A stretch of 64,000 bases of DNA from NCBI GenBank assembly GCA_965207885.1, contig OZ242311.1:6048001-6112000 (forward strand), in the 5' to 3' direction. This DNA is from Candidatus Latescibacterota bacterium (GTDB lineage Bacteria; Latescibacterota; UBA2968). This document shows, one piece after another, positions 9,490 through 18,836 of the stretch. Position 1 is the stretch's first letter. Each line of letters starts with the position of its first letter. The notes beneath the pieces were generated by a model. That model saw only the letters and a program-made list of their open reading frames with translations. It was not told where the DNA came from and searched no databases. The translations under genes and the position numbers were made by a program.

Positions 9490-9770
9490 TACAGTACTTC
9501 GGATAAGTCATCGCGAAAAACCATTGCACAGCGCGCGAGTCCGTCTCGCAGCGGACATCTTTATGGCATCTCCACTGTGAAGGTCACTCCATGTAGTATT
9601 TTCATAGAAGCGATTTGCGCTGTGCAAGCCCCTCGGCGTTTGAGAGCGGCATTTTTTGCTTACTTTTTTTTGCTGGTGAAAAAAAGTAAGTCGCCGAAGG
9701 CATGAAAGAAAAATTTTAAAAAAGCTTTGCAGGTCGTTTTACCACAACAAATGAATTATCCACACCCCTA
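9490..9770. repeat. Highly structured intergenic element (MITE-like or ncRNA)
   Basis: Outer IR GGATAAGTCAT (9501-9511)/ATGAATTATCC (9751-9761); inner perfect IR TTGCACAGCGC (9524-9534)/GCGCTGTGCAA (9617-9627); hairpin CTTAC-T8...A7-GTAAG (9659-9690). Confidence 0.55.
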
Positions 9771-9880
9771 ACCATCGTCAGATTCTATTGAAAATCACTT
9801 CGACATCAACGATTGGGCATTTGATATTGCAAAGATAAAGTCCTATCTTTCGAATGATGCAGATACAGCGCATATCGGGT

Positions 9881-9918
9881 TTGCTTTCTCTTATGTGTTG
9901 GATTATACTCTGTATAAT
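9881..9918 (+). promoter_or_regulatory. Sigma70 promoter of amidohydrolase operon
   Basis: TTGCTT-N17-TATACT (9881-9909) and nearby TATAAT (9913-9918); AAGGAGG RBS before ATG 9956. Confidence 0.6.
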
Positions 9919-9955
9919 ATGGTTGAACAGTATCTCGATTTTCAAGGAGGCTGAG

Positions 9956-11047
9956 ATGGCTGATACGCTGATGGATGAGGTAAAGATAGAAAGGCGAAAG
10001 AAGACAGCGGTGATTGATTGCGATGTTCATGTGACTATGAAGTCTGGGGATATGTGGTTTCAATATCTGGCAGAGGAATGGCACGATTATCATCGAACCA
10101 TTGGTGGTCGTGGACGCATCGGGTCGGCGTATCCCCGCGCGGTGCCAAATGCCGCGCGCCACGATGCATGGCCCCCTTCGGGACCGCCGGGATCCGATTT
10201 GGATTTTTTGCGCGCGCAATTGCTGGATGAGTGGGATATGGATTACGGCATTTTAACGCCTTTGATCGGCGTGGGTGGGCAGCAAAATTTGCGTTATGCT
10301 GCGGCGATGGGGCAGGCTGTGAACGATTGGCAAGCCGATGCATGGCTCAGTCGCGAACCCCGGTTGCGCGGGTCTGTGATTGCGCCTTATGAAGATGGCG
10401 AGTTGGCCGCAGCAGAGATCGACCGCAGGGGCGATGATCCGGGATTTGTGCAGGTGCTTCTGGTGGTGCGGACTATGGAGCCTCTGGGCAGTCGAAAGTA
10501 CTGGAAGGTGTATGAGGCTGCGGTGAGAAATGGTTTTCCCATTGCGATTCATTTTGGCGGTACAGGCGCAGGTCCGATTACGGGCGCGGGCAAGCCTTCG
10601 CATTATATTGAGGATCACGGTGGTATGCCCACGGCATTTCAGGCGCAGGTGACGAGTCTGGTGTATGAGGGGGTGTTTGAGGCTTTTCCGGATTTGAAAG
10701 TGGTGTTGATTGAGGGGGGATTTGCTTGGATGCCCGCATTGATGTGGCGGCTGGATAGTTGTTATCAGAAGCTGAAGGTGGAGTTGCCGCATTTGAAGCG
10801 GTTGCCGTCGGAGTATGTTCGCGATCATTTCTGGATCAGTACGCAGCCTATGGAAGAACCCCCACAACGCGAGTACTTTTTTCAGATGATGGATCATATG
10901 GATATGAACGATAAGTTGATGTTTGCTACGGATTATCCCCACTGGGATTTTGACGCGCCCGATGTGGCGCTGCCTTCAGGTATGGATAAGGATGTGCGGC
11001 GCAATATTCTGGCGGAGAATGCGCGGGCGTTGTATCAGTTGGCGTGA
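9956..11047 (+). CDS. Amidohydrolase_2 family metallohydrolase
   Basis: IDCDVH metal motif, VVLIEGG, FATDYPHWD; start moved to 9956 by RBS. Confidence 0.9.
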   Translation: MADTLMDEVKIERRKKTAVIDCDVHVTMKSGDMWFQYLAEEWHDYHRTIGGRGRIGSAYPRAVPNAARHDAWPPSGPPGSDLDFLRAQLLDEWDMDYGILTPLIGVGGQQNLRYAAAMGQAVNDWQADAWLSREPRLRGSVIAPYEDGELAAAEIDRRGDDPGFVQVLLVVRTMEPLGSRKYWKVYEAAVRNGFPIAIHFGGTGAGPITGAGKPSHYIEDHGGMPTAFQAQVTSLVYEGVFEAFPDLKVVLIEGGFAWMPALMWRLDSCYQKLKVELPHLKRLPSEYVRDHFWISTQPMEEPPQREYFFQMMDHMDMNDKLMFATDYPHWDFDAPDVALPSGMDKDVRRNILAENARALYQLA

Positions 11048-11055
11048 GGAGTACT

Positions 11056-11496
11056 ATGGCAAAGCATATTATAGGAACGGTTGATGAGATCCCTCCGGGG
11101 GAACGGAAGCTGGTGATACTGGAAGGGCGGGAGATCGGGGTGTTTAATGTGCATGGCGAGTTTTATGCCTTGAGGAATCGATGCCCTCATCAGGGGGGCG
11201 CGCTGTGCAAGGGGCGGGTATCGGGTTTTGTGACCGCGAGAGTGCCGGGAGAATACGAGTACACGCGCAAGGGTGAAATTTTGCGGTGTCCGTGGCACGG
11301 ATGGGAATACGATATTAAGACGGGGCAGTCGTGGGTCGATCCTTCCAGTGTGCGCGTGCGCAGCTATGAGGTGGAAGTTGCACAGGGGGCGGAGATAGAG
11401 GGCGAGGGAGATATGGCGGGATTGGTAAAGGGTCCTTATGTGGCAGAGACGTATGAGGTGACGGTGGAGGAGACGTATCTCGTTGTGGAACTATGA
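11056..11496 (+). CDS. Rieske [2Fe-2S] ferredoxin
   Basis: CPH...CPWHG Rieske ligands. Confidence 0.9.
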   Translation: MAKHIIGTVDEIPPGERKLVILEGREIGVFNVHGEFYALRNRCPHQGGALCKGRVSGFVTARVPGEYEYTRKGEILRCPWHGWEYDIKTGQSWVDPSSVRVRSYEVEVAQGAEIEGEGDMAGLVKGPYVAETYEVTVEETYLVVEL

Positions 11497-11510
11497 GAGG
11501 ACTATTCTCG

Positions 11511-13004
11511 ATGCGCGTGGGCATTATTTCGCTGTTGCACGAGTCGAATACGTTTATCAGCACGCCAACGACTATGGATTCGTTCCGACGGGACGGGATT
11601 TTTACGGGTCGGGCGATGTATGATCACTATTCGGGTGGACATCACGAAGTTAGTGGGTTTTTAGAAGGTTTGGAGTCGGCAGGCATAGATGCTCTGCCGA
11701 TTTTTCATGCGGGTACAACGCCTTCTGGACGCATTACCAGAGGGACGTGTGAAGAATTGATGCGGTTGATGTTTGATGAGGTGGAGGCTGTGGGTGATGT
11801 GGATGGGTATCTCGTGGCACCTCACGGGGCAAATTCGGGTGAGGGCGATGAGTACCGCGATCTGGATGGGCACTGGTTGTCGCGTTTGCGCGAGGTGGTT
11901 GGGTCTGAGAAGCCGATTATTTGCACGATTGATCCACATGCCAATTTGTCGCCGCGCATGGTTGCGGCGTGCGATGCGACGATTGCCTATCGCTCGAATC
12001 CCCATCTCGATCAGAAACAGCGGGGGTTGGAAGCTGCGTCGTTGATGGTGCGAACGCTGAAGGGGGAGGTGAAGCCTGTACAAGCGGGGGCTTTTCCGCC
12101 TATTGGGATTAATATTGAGCGTCAATCGACTTTTGCGCCGCCGTGTTTGCCGATGTATGAGTTGGCAGATGAGATGCTGGAAGAGACAGGTGTTTTGTCG
12201 AATAGTATTGTGCTGGGTTTTCCGTATGCCGATGTGGAAGAGATGGGGTCGGCATTTGTGGTGGTGACAGATGGTGATATGGACCGGGCACAGGTGCTGG
12301 CGAATCGTCTGTCGGATTGTTTGTTCGTACATCGTGCGGAGTTTGTGGGAGAGTATATCGCTGTTCCCGATGCTGTCGATATGGCGGTGGGACAAGAGGG
12401 TCCTGTTTGTTTGCTCGATATGGGCGATAATGTAGGCGGGGGATCTGCCGGCGATGGTACGGAGATTTTGCACGAGTTACACAGGCGAGGGAATACCACG
12501 GGCTTTGTGTGTATTTTTGATCCGGAATCGCAGGAGCGAGTGCGAGATGCAGGGGTTGGAAATCGCGTGGTGCTGGATATTGGTGGTAAGACGGATGAGT
12601 TACATGGTGCGCCTTTGAGGGCAGAGGTGCGGGTGCGCAGTTTGCACGCGGGGAAGTACAGAGAATCTGAGGTGCGACACGGCGGGCGAACGTCTTTTGA
12701 TATGGGTCCAACGGCGATTGTGGAGACGGATACGGGTATTACAATTAGTTTGACTTCGCGGCGCGCGGTGCCCGTGAGTCTGGGGTTGATGACGAGTTGC
12801 GATCTCGATCCCGCTGCGTTTCAGGTGGTTGTGGCCAAGGGTGTACACGCGCCTGTTGCGGCGTATCAGCCGGTGTGTACGGCTTTGATTCGGGTGGATA
12901 CCCCCGGCGCGACAGCGGCGGATATGCGAGGTTTTGAATACGAGTTTCGCCGCGAGCCGATGTATCCCTTTGAGGAGATTGGGGTGTCAACCACCCCCGG
13001 CTAA
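11511..13004 (+). CDS. M81 (MlrC-like) metallopeptidase; last 5 residues contributed by the IS
   Basis: HESNTF, HGA, DPHAN, YRSNPHLD, DNVGGG motifs. Confidence 0.9.
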   Translation: MRVGIISLLHESNTFISTPTTMDSFRRDGIFTGRAMYDHYSGGHHEVSGFLEGLESAGIDALPIFHAGTTPSGRITRGTCEELMRLMFDEVEAVGDVDGYLVAPHGANSGEGDEYRDLDGHWLSRLREVVGSEKPIICTIDPHANLSPRMVAACDATIAYRSNPHLDQKQRGLEAASLMVRTLKGEVKPVQAGAFPPIGINIERQSTFAPPCLPMYELADEMLEETGVLSNSIVLGFPYADVEEMGSAFVVVTDGDMDRAQVLANRLSDCLFVHRAEFVGEYIAVPDAVDMAVGQEGPVCLLDMGDNVGGGSAGDGTEILHELHRRGNTTGFVCIFDPESQERVRDAGVGNRVVLDIGGKTDELHGAPLRAEVRVRSLHAGKYRESEVRHGGRTSFDMGPTAIVETDTGITISLTSRRAVPVSLGLMTSCDLDPAAFQVVVAKGVHAPVAAYQPVCTALIRVDTPGATAADMRGFEYEFRREPMYPFEEIGVSTTPG

Positions 13005-13100
13005 AGCCTGTGGGCTTGTCCCTGCCACATGATTCCCCCGGTGGTTGACACCACCATTGGGGGTATGGCGAGACTTTAGGCTTGTTGACACAAAGCCCTT
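12966..13100 (-). ncRNA. Predicted TnpB omegaRNA (reRNA) with 3' guide read into the flank
   Basis: Structured right end immediately 3' of tnpB, conserved with 1-88; predicted guide ACCCCAATCTCCTCAAAGGG; 5' boundary uncertain. Confidence 0.6.
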
Positions 13101-14277
13101 GCCCGGATGTTCCGAGCAGCGTTGCGGTCGGCATGGTCTTTGTGACCACACACTTTGCATCTGAAGGATGCCTGGGTGTGTCTATTGCCTTTCTCACAGT
13201 GTCCACACTCGGCACACGTCTGGCTGGTATATTTGGGGTCAACAGGTTTTATGCGGATACCAGCACGCTTTGCCTTGTATTCGACGAATGTGCGGAGCTG
13301 GAAGAAAGACCACCCAGACAGTTTAGCACGTTGAGGCTTGCGAAACCGTTTCTGGCTCTTGCGGATGCCTTCGAGGTCTTCAAGGGCAATGGCTTTGCCA
13401 GTGTCTTTAGCCTTCTCAACAATGCGCTTAGAGATGATATGGTTGGTGTTCCTGCGAAACCTGCTCTCTCTACCAGAGATAACAGAGAGTTTTCTACGGA
13501 CATTCTTCGGCCTCTTGCCTTGCTTGACAAGAGCAGACGCTTTCTGTTGGAGCGACTTTTTCAGATCGTGCATCTTCTGTCGGACATTTTCAACCGTGTC
13601 GCCAGAAAATGTTTCACCATCGTCTGTAACAGCAAGGTTGGTGGTGCCGAGATCAACGCCAATGAAGTCTGTCGTCGGTATCGGCGTGCCGTCGGGTACA
13701 TCGACAGAGACAAGCAGAAACCACTTGCCGTCTTTGCGGAGCACAAGGTCTGCTTGCCCTTTGGCATAGCCAAACTGCTCACGCTGATAGTTGCCCATCA
13801 ACATTGGCACAAGCACGCGCCCTTCAAGGGTGAGCAACGAAACACGATCTATGCCCTTAAAGCTATACAACCGTTGATCATAGGGCATAGCAGCAGTTGG
13901 GCGAAACGACGGTTGCACCGTTTTATCGCGCTTAAATGCTTCTACAACCTGGGCAATGCAACGGATAGCCATTTGTGCGGACAAACCAAATTGGCGACGC
14001 AAGTCTGAATAGTACAACTTTTGTAGGGCAAACTTATTCGCCAACGTGCGCTCATAAGCCTTCGATGCAAGATAGTTGGCAGCCTCATTGAACCGTGCAA
14101 CAGTCGCTTTTAGCTTCTGGCCTGTGGCAACGTCCGGCAACAGTTGTATTTGAAGTGTGAGTTTCATATTGACAAATATACTCAGCATAACACGCTTTGG
14201 TAAGGATCAATTTGCTAAAGCAAAACAAATTCTAAGCCCTTACCTCCCAAGTTTAAAAACTTCGGCATCACGGGCTT
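12986..14277 (-). mobile_element. IS200/IS605-family non-autonomous (IS1341-like, tnpB only) element
   Basis: Right end ...GGTGGTTGAC at 12986; left-end hairpin AAGCCC...GGGCTT (14234-14277); removing 12986-14277 restores the M81 stop codon; no tnpA. Confidence 0.9.
13076..14167 (-). CDS. tnpB: TnpB RNA-guided endonuclease
   Basis: RuvC-I GVDLG, RuvC-II LEDL, Zn finger CAECG...CKVCG, RuvC-III ADRNAARNI: all catalytic residues present. Confidence 0.95.
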   Translation of the reverse strand: MKLTLQIQLLPDVATGQKLKATVARFNEAANYLASKAYERTLANKFALQKLYYSDLRRQFGLSAQMAIRCIAQVVEAFKRDKTVQPSFRPTAAMPYDQRLYSFKGIDRVSLLTLEGRVLVPMLMGNYQREQFGYAKGQADLVLRKDGKWFLLVSVDVPDGTPIPTTDFIGVDLGTTNLAVTDDGETFSGDTVENVRQKMHDLKKSLQQKASALVKQGKRPKNVRRKLSVISGRESRFRRNTNHIISKRIVEKAKDTGKAIALEDLEGIRKSQKRFRKPQRAKLSGWSFFQLRTFVEYKAKRAGIRIKPVDPKYTSQTCAECGHCEKGNRHTQASFRCKVCGHKDHADRNAARNIRARALCQQA

Positions 14278-14289
14278 GTGAGGTGATTT

Positions 14290-15051
14290 TTGAAAATTTT
14301 ATTGACGAATGACGATAGTTTGGATTCTCCTTTGTTTCTGTTTGCAGTGGATTATTTTCAGGTGATGGGAGATGTGAAAGCCGTGGTGCCTGCCGAGGAG
14401 CAGAGTTGGAAAGGCAAGGCGATGACGCGGTTTGGCACGCGTCACGTTGAGCGGTTGGATGGATTTGCGTGTGAGACGTATGCGTTTTCGGGGACGCCAG
14501 CGGATTGCGCGAATTTTGGCATTTATCATTTGTTTGACGGCGGCAAACCCGATCTGGTAATTTCGGGTATTAATATGGGTAGTAATTCGGGGTTGAGTTT
14601 CACGCTTTCTTCGGGGACGGTTGGAGCTGCTTTAGAAGCCAATATTGCGGGATTGCCGGGGGTGGCATTGTCACAGGTTTTGCCCAGACATGTGTTTCGG
14701 CAGTGGGTTGAGCAGCGCGCGATGCAGCCCGGTGTGCGGGAACCGTTGTTGGAAAATTGTCGCGCGATGTTGCACCGGGTGTTTGCGTTTTTGAACGATC
14801 GGACAGATTTTCTGTCTGATCCCGTGACGTGGAATGTGAATATGCCGGCTGAACTATCTGATGACTGGCGCGTTATACCAACAGTGCTCGGGCATACGTT
14901 TTACACGTCGTGTTTTGAGGCATCAGAAGACGGTTATTATCACAATATTGATCAGCCAGAGGTAGAAGAACGCGCGGGTACAGATGGTATGGTTTTGCGC
15001 GCGGGGCATGTGAGTATTACGCGGTTGGATATTCGCACGCTGGGGCAATGA
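14290..15051 (+). CDS. surE: SurE family 5'/3'-nucleotidase
   Basis: ILLTNDD, GTPADC, DLVISGINMG, SGTVGAALEA. Confidence 0.9.
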   Translation: MKILLTNDDSLDSPLFLFAVDYFQVMGDVKAVVPAEEQSWKGKAMTRFGTRHVERLDGFACETYAFSGTPADCANFGIYHLFDGGKPDLVISGINMGSNSGLSFTLSSGTVGAALEANIAGLPGVALSQVLPRHVFRQWVEQRAMQPGVREPLLENCRAMLHRVFAFLNDRTDFLSDPVTWNVNMPAELSDDWRVIPTVLGHTFYTSCFEASEDGYYHNIDQPEVEERAGTDGMVLRAGHVSITRLDIRTLGQ

Positions 15052-15071
15052 CTCTAAAATGGGAGATTTGA

Positions 15072-15947
15072 ATGAGTAGTTTTGAAGGCGTAGTACCTGC
15101 TATTGCGACGCCTATGGGACAGGACGGACGGTTTAACGAAGCGGTGTTTCGCAAAATTGTAGAGTTTAATATTGAAGCCGGTGTACACGGTTTTTGGGTC
15201 GCGGGGGGTACCGGGGAGAGTGTGTTGTTGGACGATGATGAAAATATGCAGGTTGCATCGGCGATTGTGGATCAATCGAATGGGCGTGCAAAAGTTATTA
15301 TGCATGTGGGTGCGCCAACAACAGACCGCGCAGCGCGATTGGCCGAGCACGCAGCCCGTGTGGGTGCAGATGCGCTGTGCTGTGTGCCGCCGTTTTTTTA
15401 TCGGCGCGATGACGACGATATTGCCGAGCATTATCGGATTGTGGCAGATGCTGCTGATCTGCCGCTCTTTGTGTACAATTTGCCGGGGGCAACAGGCGTG
15501 GAAATTACGCCTGGGATGATGGCAAAAATTCAAGACCGCGTGCCGCAACTGAAGGGGTTAAAGCATTCGGCTCAGACGTTTGCAAATGTGCGGACGTTTG
15601 CCGGGATGGGCTTGTCGTGTTTTATTGGCAATCACCGGTTGATGTTGCCGGCGATGACTATTGGCGCGTGTGGGTGTGTGGATGGGCCGCTGAATGTGTT
15701 TCCCGAATTGTGGGTGGCGATCTGGAATGCGTATCGGGCAGGGGATTTGAAGGCGGCAGAAGCAGCACAGGATAAAGCATCGCGTGCTTATGAGATGTTG
15801 AGCGCAGGCGGCGGCTTTCATTCGGTGATCAAGGTGGCGTTGAGTGCGCGATTGGGGGTTGATTGTGGAGACCCGAGGCCGCCAGGGCGACCGGCGACCG
15901 ATGCACAACGCGCACAGATTGCGGAAACTGTGAAGAGTCTGGTGTAA
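15072..15947 (+). CDS. DapA/NanA-family (class I) aldolase
   Basis: GGTGES, YNLPGATG, GLKHS Schiff-base Lys. Confidence 0.9.
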   Translation: MSSFEGVVPAIATPMGQDGRFNEAVFRKIVEFNIEAGVHGFWVAGGTGESVLLDDDENMQVASAIVDQSNGRAKVIMHVGAPTTDRAARLAEHAARVGADALCCVPPFFYRRDDDDIAEHYRIVADAADLPLFVYNLPGATGVEITPGMMAKIQDRVPQLKGLKHSAQTFANVRTFAGMGLSCFIGNHRLMLPAMTIGACGCVDGPLNVFPELWVAIWNAYRAGDLKAAEAAQDKASRAYEMLSAGGGFHSVIKVALSARLGVDCGDPRPPGRPATDAQRAQIAETVKSLV

Positions 15948-15982
15948 GTGAGCAGGCAAATCCAAAATCAGGGATAAATCCC

Positions 15983-16678
15983 ATGGCCAATCAGACGATT
16001 TTGCTGGTTGAAGACGATAGGGAATTGGCGGATTTGACGCGCGATTTTTTGCAGAATGAGGGATTTGTGGTCTGGCACGAGTCCGAGGGCAGAACTGCTC
16101 GAGATCGCATTTTGGCTTCTCCGCCCGATCTGATCATTCTGGATGTTATGTTGCCGGAGATGAACGGATATACTGTCTGCCGGGAAGTGCGTCCAGAATA
16201 CGATGGGCCAATTTTATTTTTGACGGCTCGAGATGACGAATTAGATGAAATTTTGGGTCTGGAGATGGGTGGTGATGATTATGTGACCAAACCCGTGCGA
16301 CCCCAATTGCTTCTGGCAAGGGTGCGCGCGTTGCTGCGCAGGGCTGTTAGTACCCAGAAGCCCACGGCGTCAAAGCGGGTGATGGTGGGAGATTTGATGG
16401 TGGATGCAAATCGCCGGGAGGTCAGGATGGGAGAACGCGTCGTTGACCTTACGACTTATGAATTTGATTTGCTCTATTATCTGGTCGTTCGAGCCGGTGA
16501 AGTGGTGAGTCGGCAGGATATTTATCAGGCGTTGTTTAACTACGATTACGATGGGTTGGATCGCAGCGTGGATGTGTACATTTCGCGCCTTCGCCAAAAA
16601 CTCGGCGGCGATGGTTCAACATCTGTTTCGATCAAGACCGTGCGCGGTGTGGGTTATCTGTTGGTCAGCGCGGAGTGA
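15983..16678 (+). CDS. OmpR-family response regulator (RstA-like)
   Basis: LLVEDD, LDVMLP, DDYVTKP, winged helix RSVDVYISRLRQKL...TVRGVGY. Confidence 0.92.
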   Translation: MANQTILLVEDDRELADLTRDFLQNEGFVVWHESEGRTARDRILASPPDLIILDVMLPEMNGYTVCREVRPEYDGPILFLTARDDELDEILGLEMGGDDYVTKPVRPQLLLARVRALLRRAVSTQKPTASKRVMVGDLMVDANRREVRMGERVVDLTTYEFDLLYYLVVRAGEVVSRQDIYQALFNYDYDGLDRSVDVYISRLRQKLGGDGSTSVSIKTVRGVGYLLVSAE

Positions 16679-16691
16679 AAGCGAGTGACCG

Positions 16692-18068
16692 ATGAGGAAA
16701 CAATTTATCCGTATTTATGCGGGAATTGCCATTGTTCTGCTTTTGAGTGTGTTTGGTTTTTTGGCAATGTCAAAGCAGTGGGTCGCCTCTGTTCGGCAGG
16801 CTGATTTTGAGGACAAGACTCAGGCGCTTATTGCAATGGTTCGCGAGGAACTCGAGGCTGTGGATTCGGATCCCGTGGCGCAGTTGCTGGTGCTCAATAT
16901 GTTCAGTTTGACGCATCGCATGCCCATTACGCTGGAGCCGTTTTTTGTTTTGCCGCTTTCTTCGGCTGAGAAAGACGGTTTGAAAGCTGGAGAGGTTGTG
17001 ACTATTTCCATAGAGAAAAGATTGCAAACATACCAGATGGCACCCAATGGCGATGTTATTGTGTTGGGACCATACCTGCTCGAGGAGATGATTCGATGGC
17101 AGGATAATTTGATTGAAGAAGGAGATGGTGAGGGCGATGGCGGCAATTTCTTTTTTCAGATTGATGTTTTCTTTTTTGGTATTTTGGTCGCGATTTTGTT
17201 GGGTATAGGTGTGGCGATTTATTTTTTAATTCACCCTTTTGAACGTCGAATTTACGCATTGTCGGATGCCGCCGAGCGATTTGGGAGGGGTGATTTGAGC
17301 AGCCGGTCTCCAGTTGGGAAGGGCCATGCCGTGGCGAATTTGGCGCGCAGTTTCAATGGTATGGCCGATCGCATTGAGGGGTTAGTAGGTGGGCAGCGGG
17401 AGCTTTTGAGGGTGGTGTCGCACGAACTGAGAACACCTCTGGCACGTATTTTTTTTCTTCTCGATCACTATCGCGTATCGGGGGATCAGAGCGCGGATAT
17501 TCAGCGTATTGAACGTTCGGTTTATGAATTGAATGATCTGGTTGAAGAGTTGATGGATTTTGCGCGGTTGGATCGGGATATTTCACATCGCACAGAGATC
17601 GATGTTTGTGCACAAATGGGAGAGTTGCGCGAAATGGTAGCAGAATTGCGCGGAGATATTTCCGTGGATATCGATAGTGAACACCTGATGGTCTGGGCAA
17701 ATGAGACGTATTTCAAACGCGCGCTTACCAATCTGGTTACCAATGCAGTACGACATGCCAGGCACCATATCTGGATTACAGCCAAAAAAGTGGATGAAAT
17801 GGCGCATATCAGTGTGGAAGATGATGGTTGTGGTATTCCCAAACATTTGAGAGAGAAAATATTTGAGCCTTTTTATCGGGTGGATGAAGATTCAAAGACT
17901 GGCGGCACGGGCCTGGGGTTGGCGATTGTAAAGCGCATTGTGATGCAAAATGACGGACAGGTGCAGGTAGAGAACAGGACAGAGGGTGGGGCGAGGTTTA
18001 TATTGATGTTTCCGCTTGGAGAAAAAATAAAGATCGGAACAAGACGGGCAATGGATTTGTCAAAATAG
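16692..18068 (+). CDS. Membrane sensor histidine kinase (HAMP-HisKA-HATPase)
   Basis: Two TM segments, SHELRTPL H-box, NLVTNA, DDGCG, GTGLGL. Confidence 0.92.
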   Translation: MRKQFIRIYAGIAIVLLLSVFGFLAMSKQWVASVRQADFEDKTQALIAMVREELEAVDSDPVAQLLVLNMFSLTHRMPITLEPFFVLPLSSAEKDGLKAGEVVTISIEKRLQTYQMAPNGDVIVLGPYLLEEMIRWQDNLIEEGDGEGDGGNFFFQIDVFFFGILVAILLGIGVAIYFLIHPFERRIYALSDAAERFGRGDLSSRSPVGKGHAVANLARSFNGMADRIEGLVGGQRELLRVVSHELRTPLARIFFLLDHYRVSGDQSADIQRIERSVYELNDLVEELMDFARLDRDISHRTEIDVCAQMGELREMVAELRGDISVDIDSEHLMVWANETYFKRALTNLVTNAVRHARHHIWITAKKVDEMAHISVEDDGCGIPKHLREKIFEPFYRVDEDSKTGGTGLGLAIVKRIVMQNDGQVQVENRTEGGARFILMFPLGEKIKIGTRRAMDLSK

Positions 18069-18109
18069 ATGTTAGCCCCTAACTTCGGATTTTACAGGAA
18101 ATGGCAGAT

Positions 18110-18835
18110 ATGAAACGATATTTAATTGCTATATTTTTGATAATTGCAATGCTGTGGTGCGATGCGTTTGCTAATACACAAGAAAAACAGGAGGCGTCGC
18201 CACCGGCTTTTGTCGATGAGGATGGCGATGGTATCGATGATCGCGTGACCTTCCGCCATCGTCAAGGTCTGCGATCTCGGGGAAGTGCGCTGTTGTGGGT
18301 GCTCTCAGCGCAATTGACAAAAGCGCAGCGAACTACTCTGCAGGCCAGGATCAATAAATTACTCGCGGAAGAGGCAACACCCCGTGAGATTAGAAGGGCT
18401 ATTTTTGCCGAACTCGAGGGTTTTGGTGTAGATTTAACAGAAACATTTTTGACGCGATTAAATGCAGTGTTGACAGAAGATCAGATGTCTGCACTTCGCA
18501 AAAAGGCCGAGGATCTAAAAGCGAATGGTGCGACCTATTACAGGATTTACAGAGAGATACGCGACGAGTTGGCTGTTATGGGAATTAATTGGGAGGGGCA
18601 GAGACCGGATTACTCTGGTTCTCAGTTGACAGAAGGCGAGATGTCTGAACTTCAAAAAAAAATTGACAAACTAATTGCCGATGGTGCCTCTCGCGTTGAA
18701 ATTCAGAAAGCCATTCATGCAGAGTTGGAAGAGATAAAGCGGCGCAATAGACGTAGAAGTCGCACTGCGGATGATCGCGGTGGTCCTCCGCCGAGATCAC
18801 CTGAGAGAGAAAGAAGCGGGAAGCAGGGAAACTGA
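18110..18835 (+). CDS. Secreted helical-repeat hypothetical protein
   Basis: Signal peptide, DEDGDGIDD Ca-binding-like motif, three ~38 aa repeats starting LTxxQ/E. Confidence 0.75.
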   Translation: MKRYLIAIFLIIAMLWCDAFANTQEKQEASPPAFVDEDGDGIDDRVTFRHRQGLRSRGSALLWVLSAQLTKAQRTTLQARINKLLAEEATPREIRRAIFAELEGFGVDLTETFLTRLNAVLTEDQMSALRKKAEDLKANGATYYRIYREIRDELAVMGINWEGQRPDYSGSQLTEGEMSELQKKIDKLIADGASRVEIQKAIHAELEEIKRRNRRRSRTADDRGGPPPRSPERERSGKQGN

Positions 18836-18836
18836 A

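Noticed and set aside
9756-9764. Perfect DnaA box TTATCCACA suggesting oriC
   Set aside because: Single box overlapping an inverted repeat; no box cluster or dnaA-type context
13082-14008. 308 aa ORF antisense to tnpB as a possible tnpA
   Set aside because: No HUH/Y1 or serine-recombinase motifs; shadow ORF
13076-14167. TnpB as a nuclease-dead (TldR-like) regulator
   Set aside because: All three RuvC acidic residues are present and the guide is simply the insertion flank
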